From contig JBHHVD010000042.1 in the NCBI GenBank assembly GCA_046754105.1, positions 1 through 26,493 of the forward strand: a stretch of 26,493 nt of DNA, in the 5' to 3' direction. The translations under genes were made by a program, and so were the position numbers. The notes beneath the pieces were generated by a model, which was not told where the DNA came from, searched no databases, and saw only the letters and a list, made by a program, of their open reading frames with translations. Of the stretch, positions 1 to 8,327 are shown piece after piece; the stretch's first letter is position 1; each line of letters opens with the position of its first letter. The DNA comes from Candidatus Krumholzibacteriia bacterium. Its GTDB lineage: Bacteria > Krumholzibacteriota > Krumholzibacteriia > WVZY01.

Positions 1-529
1 GAAAACCGACGCGGTCGCTCTAGGCTACAAGAGAAGAAGCTGGCAGGACAGGATTTATGTGATCGAGATCGCCAAGGGTCTGGCGATCACGATCTCACAT
101 TTCATCAGGAATATCGCCGCCCTGGGCAAGGGGCGCGTCGGCATCACGCACCAGTATCCAGAGGTGCCCAAGCCGATCGACCGCCGGTGGAAGGGCGAAC
201 ACCGGCTGATGCACCGCGAAGACGGGACCCCCCGCTGCGTGGCCTGCAACTGCTGTTCGACGGCCTGCCCCGCCGATTGTATCGCGATCGTAGGCGCCGA
301 CAGCGGGAACGACTCGGTGGAGAAATACCCGGTGTCGTTCGACATCGATATTCTGCAATGCGTGTTCTGCGGGCTTTGTGTGGAGGCCTGTCCGTGCGAC
401 GCCATTCGTATGGACACGGGGAAGTTCCCCGAATCCTGCTACGAGGGGCCGATTCATATCCTGAATATCGATTACCTGATGAACAACCATCCGCAAGGCC
501 GCAGCAAGGTGAGCGAGGCGATCTACTAA
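1..529 (+). CDS. nuoI: NADH-quinone oxidoreductase subunit I-like protein (2x[4Fe-4S]); 5' end probably at or just before the window start
   Basis: Two ferredoxin motifs, CVACNCCSTACP and CVFCGLCVEACP, plus NuoI-type context (T.QYPE, HRL...G..RC, EKYP..FDID). The frame is open from position 2 (KTDAVALGYKRRSWQDRIYV...), so the real start is probably upstream of the GTG at 59. Confidence 0.88.
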   Translation, partial: KTDAVALGYKRRSWQDRIYVIEIAKGLAITISHFIRNIAALGKGRVGITHQYPEVPKPIDRRWKGEHRLMHREDGTPRCVACNCCSTACPADCIAIVGADSGNDSVEKYPVSFDIDILQCVFCGLCVEACPCDAIRMDTGKFPESCYEGPIHILNIDYLMNNHPQGRSKVSEAIY

Positions 530-1950
530 CGCCGAGCTCGCTCGGGAAAGATCTTTCCAGGGTTGAGAATGCCCTTGGGATCGAAGGCGTCCTTGATACG
601 CCGCATGAGGTCGATCTCCTCGTCGCTAAACGCGATGGGGAGGTATTTTTTTTGCGAATAACCGATACCGTGCTCACCGGAGATGGTGCCTCCTAACGAG
701 ACCGTCAGCCCGAAGATCTCCACGATCGCCGGGTCCAGGTTATCCTGCCAGTCGCGGTCGCTCATGTCCATTTTGAGGATGTTGACGTGCAGGTTTCCGT
801 CTCCCGCGTGCCCGTAGCAAACCGTCTTGATGCCGTAGCGTTGGGCGATCTTCTTGACGCCGAGCAGAAGCGGCACCAGGTTGTTGCGCGGGACGACCGT
901 GTCCTCCTCCTTGTAGATCGACAGCGACTTTACCGCCTCGCCCACCGCGCGCCGCATCGTCCACAGCTCCTGTTGCCTGGCGAATGAGTCCGCCAGCAAG
1001 ACGTCGAGCGCACCCTCACCGAGGGCGATCTCACACACCTGTTCGGCCGCGCGCCGGATGACCGACTCGTCGCCGCCGTCGAGTTCCATCAGCAGATGAG
1101 CCTCCGCGTCGCTATGCGGGATCGTTATGGACAGGTGCCGCTCGGTTATCTGAACGGCGTCGCGTTCGAGGAACTCGAGGGCGGAAGGCGTGATACCCGC
1201 GTTCATGATGGCGGGGACGGTCCTGGCCGCGGCCTTGAGCGAGGGGAACGGTGCGAAGAGCGTCAGGCGATGCTTCGGGTAGGGAATCAACTTGAGAAAA
1301 ATCCTGGTGACGACTGCCAGTGTTCCCTCGGAACCGATCACCAACTGGGTCAGGTTGTAGCCGGTGGCGTTCTTGAGCAGCTTGCCGCCGTGGTGGATGA
1401 CCGATCCGTCCGGTAATACCGCTTCGATGCCAAGGACGTAATCCTTGGTAATGCCATACTTGACGGCGTGCGGACCCCCGGCGCTTTCGGCCAGGTTGCC
1501 GCCGATGCGGCAGCTGCCGCCGCTCGCCGGATCGGGAGGATAGTAGAGCCCGGCCTCTTGTGCGGCCTCCTGCAGGTTTTGCGTGATGACCCCCGGCTCC
1601 ACGACCGCCATCAGGTTGCCGCGGTCGATCTCGATAATCCGGTCCATGCGCTCGGTTGCGAGCACGATGCCCCCGTGCACGGGCAGCGCGCCCCCGGAAA
1701 GACCCGTTCCTCCTCCCCTCGGGGTTACGGGAACGTCGCTCTGCCAAGCGATCGCCATCACCTTCGAGACCTCATCCGTAGTGGTCGCGTGAACCACCGC
1801 TTCCGGGCGAAACGACAGGTCTTCGGTCTCGTCCGAAGCGTAGAGATCCCGCGACTCCGGGTCGGTGAGTACGTTGTCGTCACCGACGGCGTGTCGGAGG
1901 CGCTCGAGGACGGCGCCGGTCACGGGTTTGTAGGATTCTCTCGCAGCCAT
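526..1950 (-). CDS. glcD: FAD-linked oxidase, GlcD / D-lactate dehydrogenase family (FAD_binding_4 + FAD-oxidase_C)
   Basis: Motifs PRGGGTGLSGG, YPPDPAS, IGGN, GSEGTL, GHAGDGNLH, GEHGIG and FDPKGILNPGK. ATG at 1950 is preceded by the SD-like GAGGCGGAG. Confidence 0.88.
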   Translation of the reverse strand: MAARESYKPVTGAVLERLRHAVGDDNVLTDPESRDLYASDETEDLSFRPEAVVHATTTDEVSKVMAIAWQSDVPVTPRGGGTGLSGGALPVHGGIVLATERMDRIIEIDRGNLMAVVEPGVITQNLQEAAQEAGLYYPPDPASGGSCRIGGNLAESAGGPHAVKYGITKDYVLGIEAVLPDGSVIHHGGKLLKNATGYNLTQLVIGSEGTLAVVTRIFLKLIPYPKHRLTLFAPFPSLKAAARTVPAIMNAGITPSALEFLERDAVQITERHLSITIPHSDAEAHLLMELDGGDESVIRRAAEQVCEIALGEGALDVLLADSFARQQELWTMRRAVGEAVKSLSIYKEEDTVVPRNNLVPLLLGVKKIAQRYGIKTVCYGHAGDGNLHVNILKMDMSDRDWQDNLDPAIVEIFGLTVSLGGTISGEHGIGYSQKKYLPIAFSDEEIDLMRRIKDAFDPKGILNPGKIFPERARR

Positions 1951-2093
1951 GATTGCTCCGCCTCGAACCATACCCGAAGGCCGGCTCAAAAAAAAAGCCA
2001 AAATCCACGCATGTATCCCGTGGGGGCACCCCCGCCGCGGCGCGGCTCCGGCGCCCGGCGAAAGCGCCGCGCGGGTCGCCGCCCGGTTCGGCG

Positions 2094-2122
2094 TTTACAC
2101 CGCCGCGAAAATCGTCTACTAT
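2094..2122 (+). promoter_or_regulatory. Putative sigma70 promoter for the 2185 gene
   Basis: TTTACA (2094-2099), 17 bp spacer, TACTAT (2117-2122), in GC-rich context. Confidence 0.5.
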
Positions 2123-2184
2123 TTGTTACCGGAGTGCCCACTCCGCCCGGACCCTGACGCAGCCTTTACGGCGTAGGCGGAGCA

Positions 2185-3864
2185 ATGTCAAAACCGCGGT
2201 TTCTCCCTCACCTCCCGAAATTCCTGTTCACTGTGGTAGTCCTGGCGGCGGGAGCCCGCACCGCTGGTGCCGCCGATCCCGACGACGTATTCTGGAGCGC
2301 CAACACGAGCTTTCAGGGCCCGCAAGGGCTGATCGACGAGCTGGTCGTCGTCGGGGATGATGTCTATGCCACGGGGCGCTTCAAGACGGTGGGCGGCCGG
2401 CCCATTCACCACATCGCGCGCTGGGACGGCAGCCAGTGGAACGAGATCGGCGGCGGTGTTGGAACGCCGACGATGGGGCTGATCCACCGCGTGCTCGTGG
2501 ACGGAAACCGGGTGTATCCGGCCGGCATGTTCGGGGTCGTGGGAGGTAACGTTCCGGCGATGAATATCGCTATGTGGGACGGCAGCGCGTGGGATACCAT
2601 GGCGGGCGGCACCGACCGCGCGGTGCGCGCGCTCGCCAGGGCGCCGGGCGGCGACGTGTACGTCGGCGGCGAGTTCACGACCGCAGGCGGCGTCATGGCA
2701 CGGGGCATCGCGCGCTGGGACGGCGTCCAGTGGCACGCCCTGGGCTCCGGTATCAACAATCACGTGGCCGCAGTCGCGGTCAAGGGCAACAACGTATTCG
2801 TCGGCGGCGCGTTCACGACGGCCGGCGGTAGGCCCGCGAGTTTCATCGCGCGCTGGGACGGCAGCCAATGGCAGCCCCTCGGGGCCGGTGTCAACAACCT
2901 GGTGACGGCAATTGCCAGCGATGGCCAGGATGTCTACGTCGGCGGCCTGTTCAGCACGGCGGGTGGGGTGGCCGTCCACTCCATCGCGCGCTGGGACGGC
3001 AGCCGTTGGTGGGCGCTGGGTGCCGGCGTGTCGGGGCCGGCGCCGGCCGTAAGGGCGATCTATCCCGACAACGGGGGTCTCTACGTCGGCGGGTTCTTCC
3101 GTTTCGCAGGGGGGCGGCCCGCCAACTATGCAGCGCACTGGGACGGAGCGGCGTGGTCGGCGTTGGGCAGCGGCACGAGTTTCTCGGTCAAGGCCTTCGC
3201 CCGTCATAACGACATAATCTACGTCGGAGGGGAATTCCTCAGCGTCGGCGATGGTGTCACCTCCAATTACCTCGCGGAATGGACAAGGTCACCGGCTGTG
3301 CCCGTGTTTTTCGACCGGTTCACGGCCACTCCCGTCGCTGCCGCCGTCGAACTCGCCTGGGACATCCGCTACGACGAACCGATCGCGGGCTACAATATTT
3401 ACCGCTCGCAAACCGCTGGGACGGCCCCACGGCGGATCAACCCGGGTGGTCTCATCGGCGAGCAAACGCGGAGCCACACGGACCGCGACGTCCGCGGCGG
3501 GGCCGAATACGAATACGTGCTGGCAGCCGTCCGGCCGGACGGTTCGGAGATGCGGTCGGCGCCCACCCGCGTACGGACGATGCCCATCGCCGTCGGGCTG
3601 CGCCAGAACCATCCGAATCCGTTCAATCCTTCCACCGTTATCGAATTCACCCTGGCGGCGGCGGGACCGGTCACGCTATCCGTTTATGACGCGAGGGGCA
3701 GGCGGATGGCGACGCTAGTGAACGGCAGGCGCGCCGAGGGAGTCAACCGGGTGACCTGGGACGGGCGAAGTGACTCCGGGCGGGCTCTGGCCTCCGGCGT
3801 ATACTTCTACCGGCTGCGATCGGACGCCGTCTCCCTGACTCGCAAAATGATTCTTATGAAATGA
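2185..3864 (+). CDS. Secreted beta-propeller repeat protein (ARWDGxxW repeats) with FN3-like domain and FlgD-Ig/T9SS-like C-terminal domain
   Basis: N-terminal signal peptide. About 6 repeats of YVGG.F..AGG.....IARWDG..W. FN3-like segment VELAW...GYNIYRS...Y.Y.L.AV. C-terminus QNHPNPFNPST...VYDARGR...WDG...ASGVYFYRL. Confidence 0.8.
   Translation: MSKPRFLPHLPKFLFTVVVLAAGARTAGAADPDDVFWSANTSFQGPQGLIDELVVVGDDVYATGRFKTVGGRPIHHIARWDGSQWNEIGGGVGTPTMGLIHRVLVDGNRVYPAGMFGVVGGNVPAMNIAMWDGSAWDTMAGGTDRAVRALARAPGGDVYVGGEFTTAGGVMARGIARWDGVQWHALGSGINNHVAAVAVKGNNVFVGGAFTTAGGRPASFIARWDGSQWQPLGAGVNNLVTAIASDGQDVYVGGLFSTAGGVAVHSIARWDGSRWWALGAGVSGPAPAVRAIYPDNGGLYVGGFFRFAGGRPANYAAHWDGAAWSALGSGTSFSVKAFARHNDIIYVGGEFLSVGDGVTSNYLAEWTRSPAVPVFFDRFTATPVAAAVELAWDIRYDEPIAGYNIYRSQTAGTAPRRINPGGLIGEQTRSHTDRDVRGGAEYEYVLAAVRPDGSEMRSAPTRVRTMPIAVGLRQNHPNPFNPSTVIEFTLAAAGPVTLSVYDARGRRMATLVNGRRAEGVNRVTWDGRSDSGRALASGVYFYRLRSDAVSLTRKMILMK
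2412..3000 (+). repeat. Intragenic coding repeats: four identical 19-mers CATCGCGCGCTGGGACGGC
   Basis: Copies start at 2412, 2706, 2844 and 2982 (spacings 294, 138, 138 bp). All are in frame and encode IARWDG. Confidence 0.85.
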
Positions 3865-3976
3865 TATGGAAACGGCTGCGGCGTCCGTGGTCGGTGGAGG
3901 GGCCTGGCGCCTCAACGAGCTCTAGTCGGCTTGTCGCCTCGTGAAAGCGTTTTCGTGCCTGCATGGGGGGCGGGGG

Positions 3977-4939
3977 CTACTCGATGAGCTTTGGCTTGTC
4001 CGGATAGTGAACGTCGAAGACGAGCATTCCCTTGAAGTCGTTGGCCACAAAAAGCTTTCTCCGGTGCACTGTTACCTTGTCGGCATATCCAGTCCGGGTA
4101 TCGAGCTGCCGCAGGTAATCGAGACTTCCCGACTTGTCGAACTTGAAACCGGCCACGCCTTTCAATCCGTCGGCCACAAACACGTACCCCTTGTGAAACA
4201 CAACGCCGTGCGCAAGATCCCGGGTTGGGAACGTGCCCAGCAGCACGGGACCTGACGATGGAGAAATGTCCAGCATGCTCACTCCCGCCTTGCCATCGGC
4301 GACAAACGCCCAGCCGCGGTAGAACGAAATATCCCGGGCGTCTCCTCCTGTCTGGCATCGGCCGAGCTCGGTGGCCTTTCCATCGCCGCTCACCGTCATG
4401 ACCACGACACCTGAGGTCCCCGCGCACACGTACAGCTTGTCCTGATAGAAGCGCAATCCCCTCACGTAGCCGGGCCAGGCCGAGGTGCCGGTGAGACGTG
4501 GTTTCCGGGGATCGCTGACATCGCAAAAGGAAGCGCCGACGCTGCCGTCGGCAACGGCGAGGACGGGGCCCGATTTGTCGACCATCATCGCCGAGCCGGG
4601 AGTCGGTATTTCCGCTATGACGCTGGGCGAGGACGGGTCGGACACGTCGACGCAGAAGACGCCGCCGGGGCCCTGGGCGACGTACACACGGTCGCCGTCG
4701 ACGACCGAACCCGTAGCGGACTGCGGAAGCACGAGGGTGGCGAGCTCCGTGGGATGGGCGACGTCCGACAAATCAACAACTCTCAGGCCGGCGGTTACGG
4801 ACAAGTAACCGACGTCGCCCGACAGCGAGACGTGGAACGTCCTCGACTTGAGCGATTCGACGACCGAGCCCGACTGTGCGGAACCGGCGGCGGGCGGCAT
4901 CGCCAACAGGATGAGCGGGAGTGCAGCCCATGGTTTCAT
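3977..4939 (-). CDS. Secreted LVIVD-repeat beta-propeller protein
   Basis: Signal peptide. Repeated units of the type YVA.G..G(L/V).(V/I)(V/L)D(V/I)S.P..P (GLRVVDLSD, VFCVDVSDP, FCDVSDP, SMLDIS, LVFDV). Confidence 0.85.
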   Translation of the reverse strand: MKPWAALPLILLAMPPAAGSAQSGSVVESLKSRTFHVSLSGDVGYLSVTAGLRVVDLSDVAHPTELATLVLPQSATGSVVDGDRVYVAQGPGGVFCVDVSDPSSPSVIAEIPTPGSAMMVDKSGPVLAVADGSVGASFCDVSDPRKPRLTGTSAWPGYVRGLRFYQDKLYVCAGTSGVVVMTVSGDGKATELGRCQTGGDARDISFYRGWAFVADGKAGVSMLDISPSSGPVLLGTFPTRDLAHGVVFHKGYVFVADGLKGVAGFKFDKSGSLDYLRQLDTRTGYADKVTVHRRKLFVANDFKGMLVFDVHYPDKPKLIE

Positions 4940-5049
4940 GGGCTCACTGTAACAAAGTTCGCTTTTGGTGGCTATCGAAACTTGTTATGATGGCGTGGGC
5001 CCGCTGTCGCGACCGCGGGTTATATGAAAAATGTCACAGGAGGTACGAC

Positions 5050-6357
5050 GTGAGCGTTCGAAGGGCGCCGGTGCTGGCGACGCTCGCCTGCACGCTGGTA
5101 TTGCAAAGTGTTTGGGCACAGGGTGCGCCGCGATTTCAAACCTATTTCACCGGCGGCACGCTGCGTATTGATTTCGTTCACTCCGGCACGGCGGAAGACG
5201 AAGCGTTGTCGATACGGCGCATGTCGAAGGAGCCGGTGTGGTCCGGTTCACCGGCGGGATTGGTGCCGGAATGGGAACGGGGGAAATACCGTTTCGACGT
5301 TATCGATATCAAGACGGGCACCCCGATTTACCGACACGGCTTCAGCACGCTCTTCGGCGAGTGGCAGACGACCGGCGAAGCCGCGCGGGTGAGGAAGGCG
5401 TTCGAGGAAACGCTCGAAATGCCGATGCCCCGGGATTCCGTCGAGGTGGTGATCTTCGGTCGCACCCGCCGGGGCGAGATGGAAAAGATCTTCTCTGCAC
5501 GTATCGATCCCAACTCGCACCTGCTGGGACCCACGGCAGCGCCGGCCGGCGCAGTCGTCAGAGACATCGAGGTCCATGGCCCGGCGGCCGAAAAGGTCGA
5601 TGTCTTGATCCTCGGTGACGGGTACGTCTCCGCCGAGCAGGCAAAGTTCGACGGAGACTGCCGCCGTTTCCTCGAGAACTTTTTCGGAGTAGAGCCGTTT
5701 TATCGTTTTCGTGATCGCTTCAACGTCAGGGCGGTTTTCTTGGCGGCGAACGACGCGGGGATCGACGAGCCGCGCAAAGGGCGTTTCAGCGACACACCAT
5801 TCGGCATGACGTTCAGCATGTTCGATCTTCCACGCTACTGCATGTCGGAGGCCGTGTGGGCAATGCACGATGCGGCATCGCTGGCGCCGCACGACGCGAT
5901 ACTGCTGATGGGCAACTCTTCGCGCTACGGTGGCGGAGCGATCTACAATTACTATACGGTATTCGTCAGTGACAACGAGTACGATGACTATCTTACCGTG
6001 CACGAGTTTGGCCACGGGTTCGTCGGCCTGGCAGACGAGTACTATACTTCCGCAGTAGCTTACAGCGAGTTTTATCCCGCGGGCGTCGAGCCGACGCCCC
6101 CGAACATTACGGCCCTGCTCGATCCCGCCAGTCTCAAGTGGAGTCGATTCGTCGAGCCGGGCACGCCGATTCCCACGCGGGAGGACGATGAGCGTTACTC
6201 GGGAAAGATCGGAGCGTTCGAGGGCGCGGGCTACGCGGCCAAGGGTCTCTACCGGCCGGCCAGGGACTGCAAGATGTTCTCCAAGGGCAACAAGGAGTTC
6301 TGCGCGGTATGCGAGGCATCGGTCGTCGACATGATCAAGTTCTATGCTCCGGACTAG
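5050..6357 (+). CDS. Peptidase M64 (IgA peptidase-like) family metallopeptidase with N-terminal M64-associated domain
   Basis: GTG at 5050 after SD CAGGAGGT. Signal peptide. N-domain TLRIDF.HSG...GFSTLFGEW. Motifs LGDGY, YGGG, HEFGHGFVGLADEYY, GAFEGAGY..KGLYRP..DC.M and FC.VC. Confidence 0.9.
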   Translation: MSVRRAPVLATLACTLVLQSVWAQGAPRFQTYFTGGTLRIDFVHSGTAEDEALSIRRMSKEPVWSGSPAGLVPEWERGKYRFDVIDIKTGTPIYRHGFSTLFGEWQTTGEAARVRKAFEETLEMPMPRDSVEVVIFGRTRRGEMEKIFSARIDPNSHLLGPTAAPAGAVVRDIEVHGPAAEKVDVLILGDGYVSAEQAKFDGDCRRFLENFFGVEPFYRFRDRFNVRAVFLAANDAGIDEPRKGRFSDTPFGMTFSMFDLPRYCMSEAVWAMHDAASLAPHDAILLMGNSSRYGGGAIYNYYTVFVSDNEYDDYLTVHEFGHGFVGLADEYYTSAVAYSEFYPAGVEPTPPNITALLDPASLKWSRFVEPGTPIPTREDDERYSGKIGAFEGAGYAAKGLYRPARDCKMFSKGNKEFCAVCEASVVDMIKFYAPD

Positions 6358-6512
6358 CGAGCCGGTGCCCACAAGCCGCCTTGGTCCTTTCGCCGACGGA
6401 GCGAGTTTGTTATATTTAGCTCGAAGAGATGCCGGTTCCGCCGTTGTGCGGTAGTCGTGGGGGAGAGCGATGGCAGAGGGAGACCTCTCTCTGCAGACCG
6501 GAGGTCATGACG

Positions 6513-7373
6513 ATGAAGAATCTCCCCCAGTTGGCCCTGCTCGCCGCAGTAGCGGTCATCGCGTTCGCCCCCCGTGCGGCATCCCAAACCGCGCAATCCC
6601 CGGAAAAAAGGAACGAGGACAGCCGGCTGGAGCGTCTGGCCGGAGAACTGGGGCGCGAGCTGGTGCCGTATACCCGTGACCCGTCCCTGGACAGCATCGG
6701 CGTGGCTCACCCGGGTGCCGGTGATTTCGACCTCGTGGTGCTGGCCGATAACAACCCCGCGATCAGTGATGAGTGCTACAAGATGGTTCTGCAGCACGCT
6801 GCAGATGCGATGATGCACAGCCATCCCGAGTTGTCGAGGCAAGAGGCGCTGGCTCGGGGCATCGCGCACGTACGCGAAATGCGGCAGGCGGCGGCCCGTG
6901 AGGGCCGCACCTACGGCGCTTTTTTTCGACACGTAGTGGATTGCCAGGAATGGTGCCAGCCGCTGGTTGTGGGCCTGGAGAAATGCCACGTCGAGGCGGT
7001 CAGCCAGTCGGAGCCACGGGGCGTCTTCTTCGGCTACAACAGTGATCGCATCGAAAAGAGTGCCGAGACCGTTTTTGGAACGGTCAGCGGCGAACTGGCC
7101 CGGGACGCCGAGGCCCGCGTGCTTTTGGTTGGACGGGCCAGCCGCACCGGCGACAAACTCTACAATCGCCGATTGTCACAGCGCCGGACCCTGGCCGTGC
7201 AGGAGGCCCTGGTCGCCCACGGCGTCGAGTCTTCTCGAATCCACGTCATGTGGATCGGCTGGGAGCCGCCCCAGATCAACGCTCACATCGCGGGGGTCTA
7301 CGGCCTCGGCGACGTCTACGCGAGCGAGGGTGAAACGGCGATCAATCAGAGTGTGATGATCGTTGTCTTTTGA
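6513..7373 (+). CDS. Secreted protein with C-terminal OmpA-like (peptidoglycan-binding fold) domain
   Basis: SD GGAGG (6500-6504) fits ATG 6513 (alternative 6507). Signal peptide. C-terminal VFFGYNS...VLLVGRAS..G...YN..LS.RR..AV...L...GV...RI pattern. Confidence 0.75.
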   Translation: MKNLPQLALLAAVAVIAFAPRAASQTAQSPEKRNEDSRLERLAGELGRELVPYTRDPSLDSIGVAHPGAGDFDLVVLADNNPAISDECYKMVLQHAADAMMHSHPELSRQEALARGIAHVREMRQAAAREGRTYGAFFRHVVDCQEWCQPLVVGLEKCHVEAVSQSEPRGVFFGYNSDRIEKSAETVFGTVSGELARDAEARVLLVGRASRTGDKLYNRRLSQRRTLAVQEALVAHGVESSRIHVMWIGWEPPQINAHIAGVYGLGDVYASEGETAINQSVMIVVF

Positions 7374-7440
7374 CGCGCGGGGAAGGTCGGTCGACGATCG
7401 TGTGTGACCGTCCAGACCTGTACACCGGGGGGGAATAGCG

Positions 7441-7677
7441 ATGTGCCGCAATATCAAGACGTTGAGAAGGCCCGAAGGGCTTCCCAGTGACGCCGAGTTG
7501 CACGACGCCGCGTTGCAGTTTGTGCGCAAGATCAGCGGGTACCGCGCACCCGCCCGCGCGAACGAAGCAGCCTTCAACGAGGCGGTGCGCGGGATCGCCG
7601 GGGTGTCGAGAACCCTGTTCGCCCGTCTCCGGACGCGAGGCGCCGGCGCGCGACGAGGGCAACGGACCCCATCCTGA
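7441..7677 (+). CDS. DUF2277-family small protein
   Basis: Characteristic MCRNIKTL...AALQFVRKISG...P...NEAAF..AV..IA pattern, recognised from memory. Confidence 0.8.
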   Translation: MCRNIKTLRRPEGLPSDAELHDAALQFVRKISGYRAPARANEAAFNEAVRGIAGVSRTLFARLRTRGAGARRGQRTPS

Positions 7678-7773
7678 CCCTTCCCCTGCGGTTTGGAACC
7701 CTTCTTGCTCAAACCGCTACGAGCCGTCCCGCGCATCGCGCGGCGGGGACGGCGGCACCCGAATGGGGGCAAG

Positions 7774-8115
7774 ATGATGTCTTTTATCCCAACCTACGCG
7801 CCGTTGGATGAATCCGAGGCCCAGATTGCGGGCGGGATCGTGTACGCCGTCCTGACCAACCCGCGAATCATGGAAACGGTGCGCGAATTCCACGGCGTCA
7901 GCATGCGCTGTGCGGTGATCATCACCCAGGTGGGTGGTGAGGTCGAAGAGGTGAGTGTCCGCGAAGAAAGCCAGGTCTACCAGCGCTTTCCCCTCGAGCC
8001 AATCCGGGCCGCGCTGGCCGGCTACGATATGAAGGACAGCGTATGCATGGTTCTGGTTCGGGACCGAAGGGTTTGCGAACTGGTCGCCAGCCCCAAGAGC
8101 ACGCCCTCTCCTTGA
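7774..8115 (+). CDS. Hypothetical protein
   Basis: ATG pair at 7774/7777, protein-like composition, GC3-biased codons. No family recognised. Confidence 0.55.
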   Translation: MMSFIPTYAPLDESEAQIAGGIVYAVLTNPRIMETVREFHGVSMRCAVIITQVGGEVEEVSVREESQVYQRFPLEPIRAALAGYDMKDSVCMVLVRDRRVCELVASPKSTPSP

Positions 8116-8256
8116 CCCAGGCTTGAAAGCGACGCGCGTCGCCGGGCCGGACGAACGGGGATGCCTGCCAGGGTCAGTGCCACACGAAACTCTATATAAT
8201 CATATGTAACAGCAGGTTATAAGCAGGACTTCGTGTAAGGAAGGGTGCTTTTCCGC

Positions 8257-8285
8257 TTGGCGGCGAGGATGCGCTGGCCTATGCT
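8257..8285 (+). promoter_or_regulatory. Putative sigma70 promoter for the LexA-like gene
   Basis: TTGGCG (8257-8262), 17 bp spacer, TATGCT (8280-8285). Confidence 0.4.
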
Positions 8286-8327
8286 GAAGGCAAGGCGAGG
8301 GTATCCTGCAACCTGGGGGTTCCGTCC

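Noticed and set aside
1988..1996. A9 homopolymer upstream of glcD as a phase-variation tract
   Set aside because: Short, and I could not place it convincingly within a promoter spacer. A single sequence gives no evidence of length variation.
2412..3000. Regularly spaced identical 19-mers as a possible CRISPR array
   Set aside because: Spacing of 138-294 bp is too long, the repeats are in-frame coding, the intervening sequences are homologous, and there are no cas genes.
8185..8215. Possible dif (XerCD) site
   Set aside because: The arms do not fit the 11-6-11 layout with ATAA and TTATG flanking the central hexamer.
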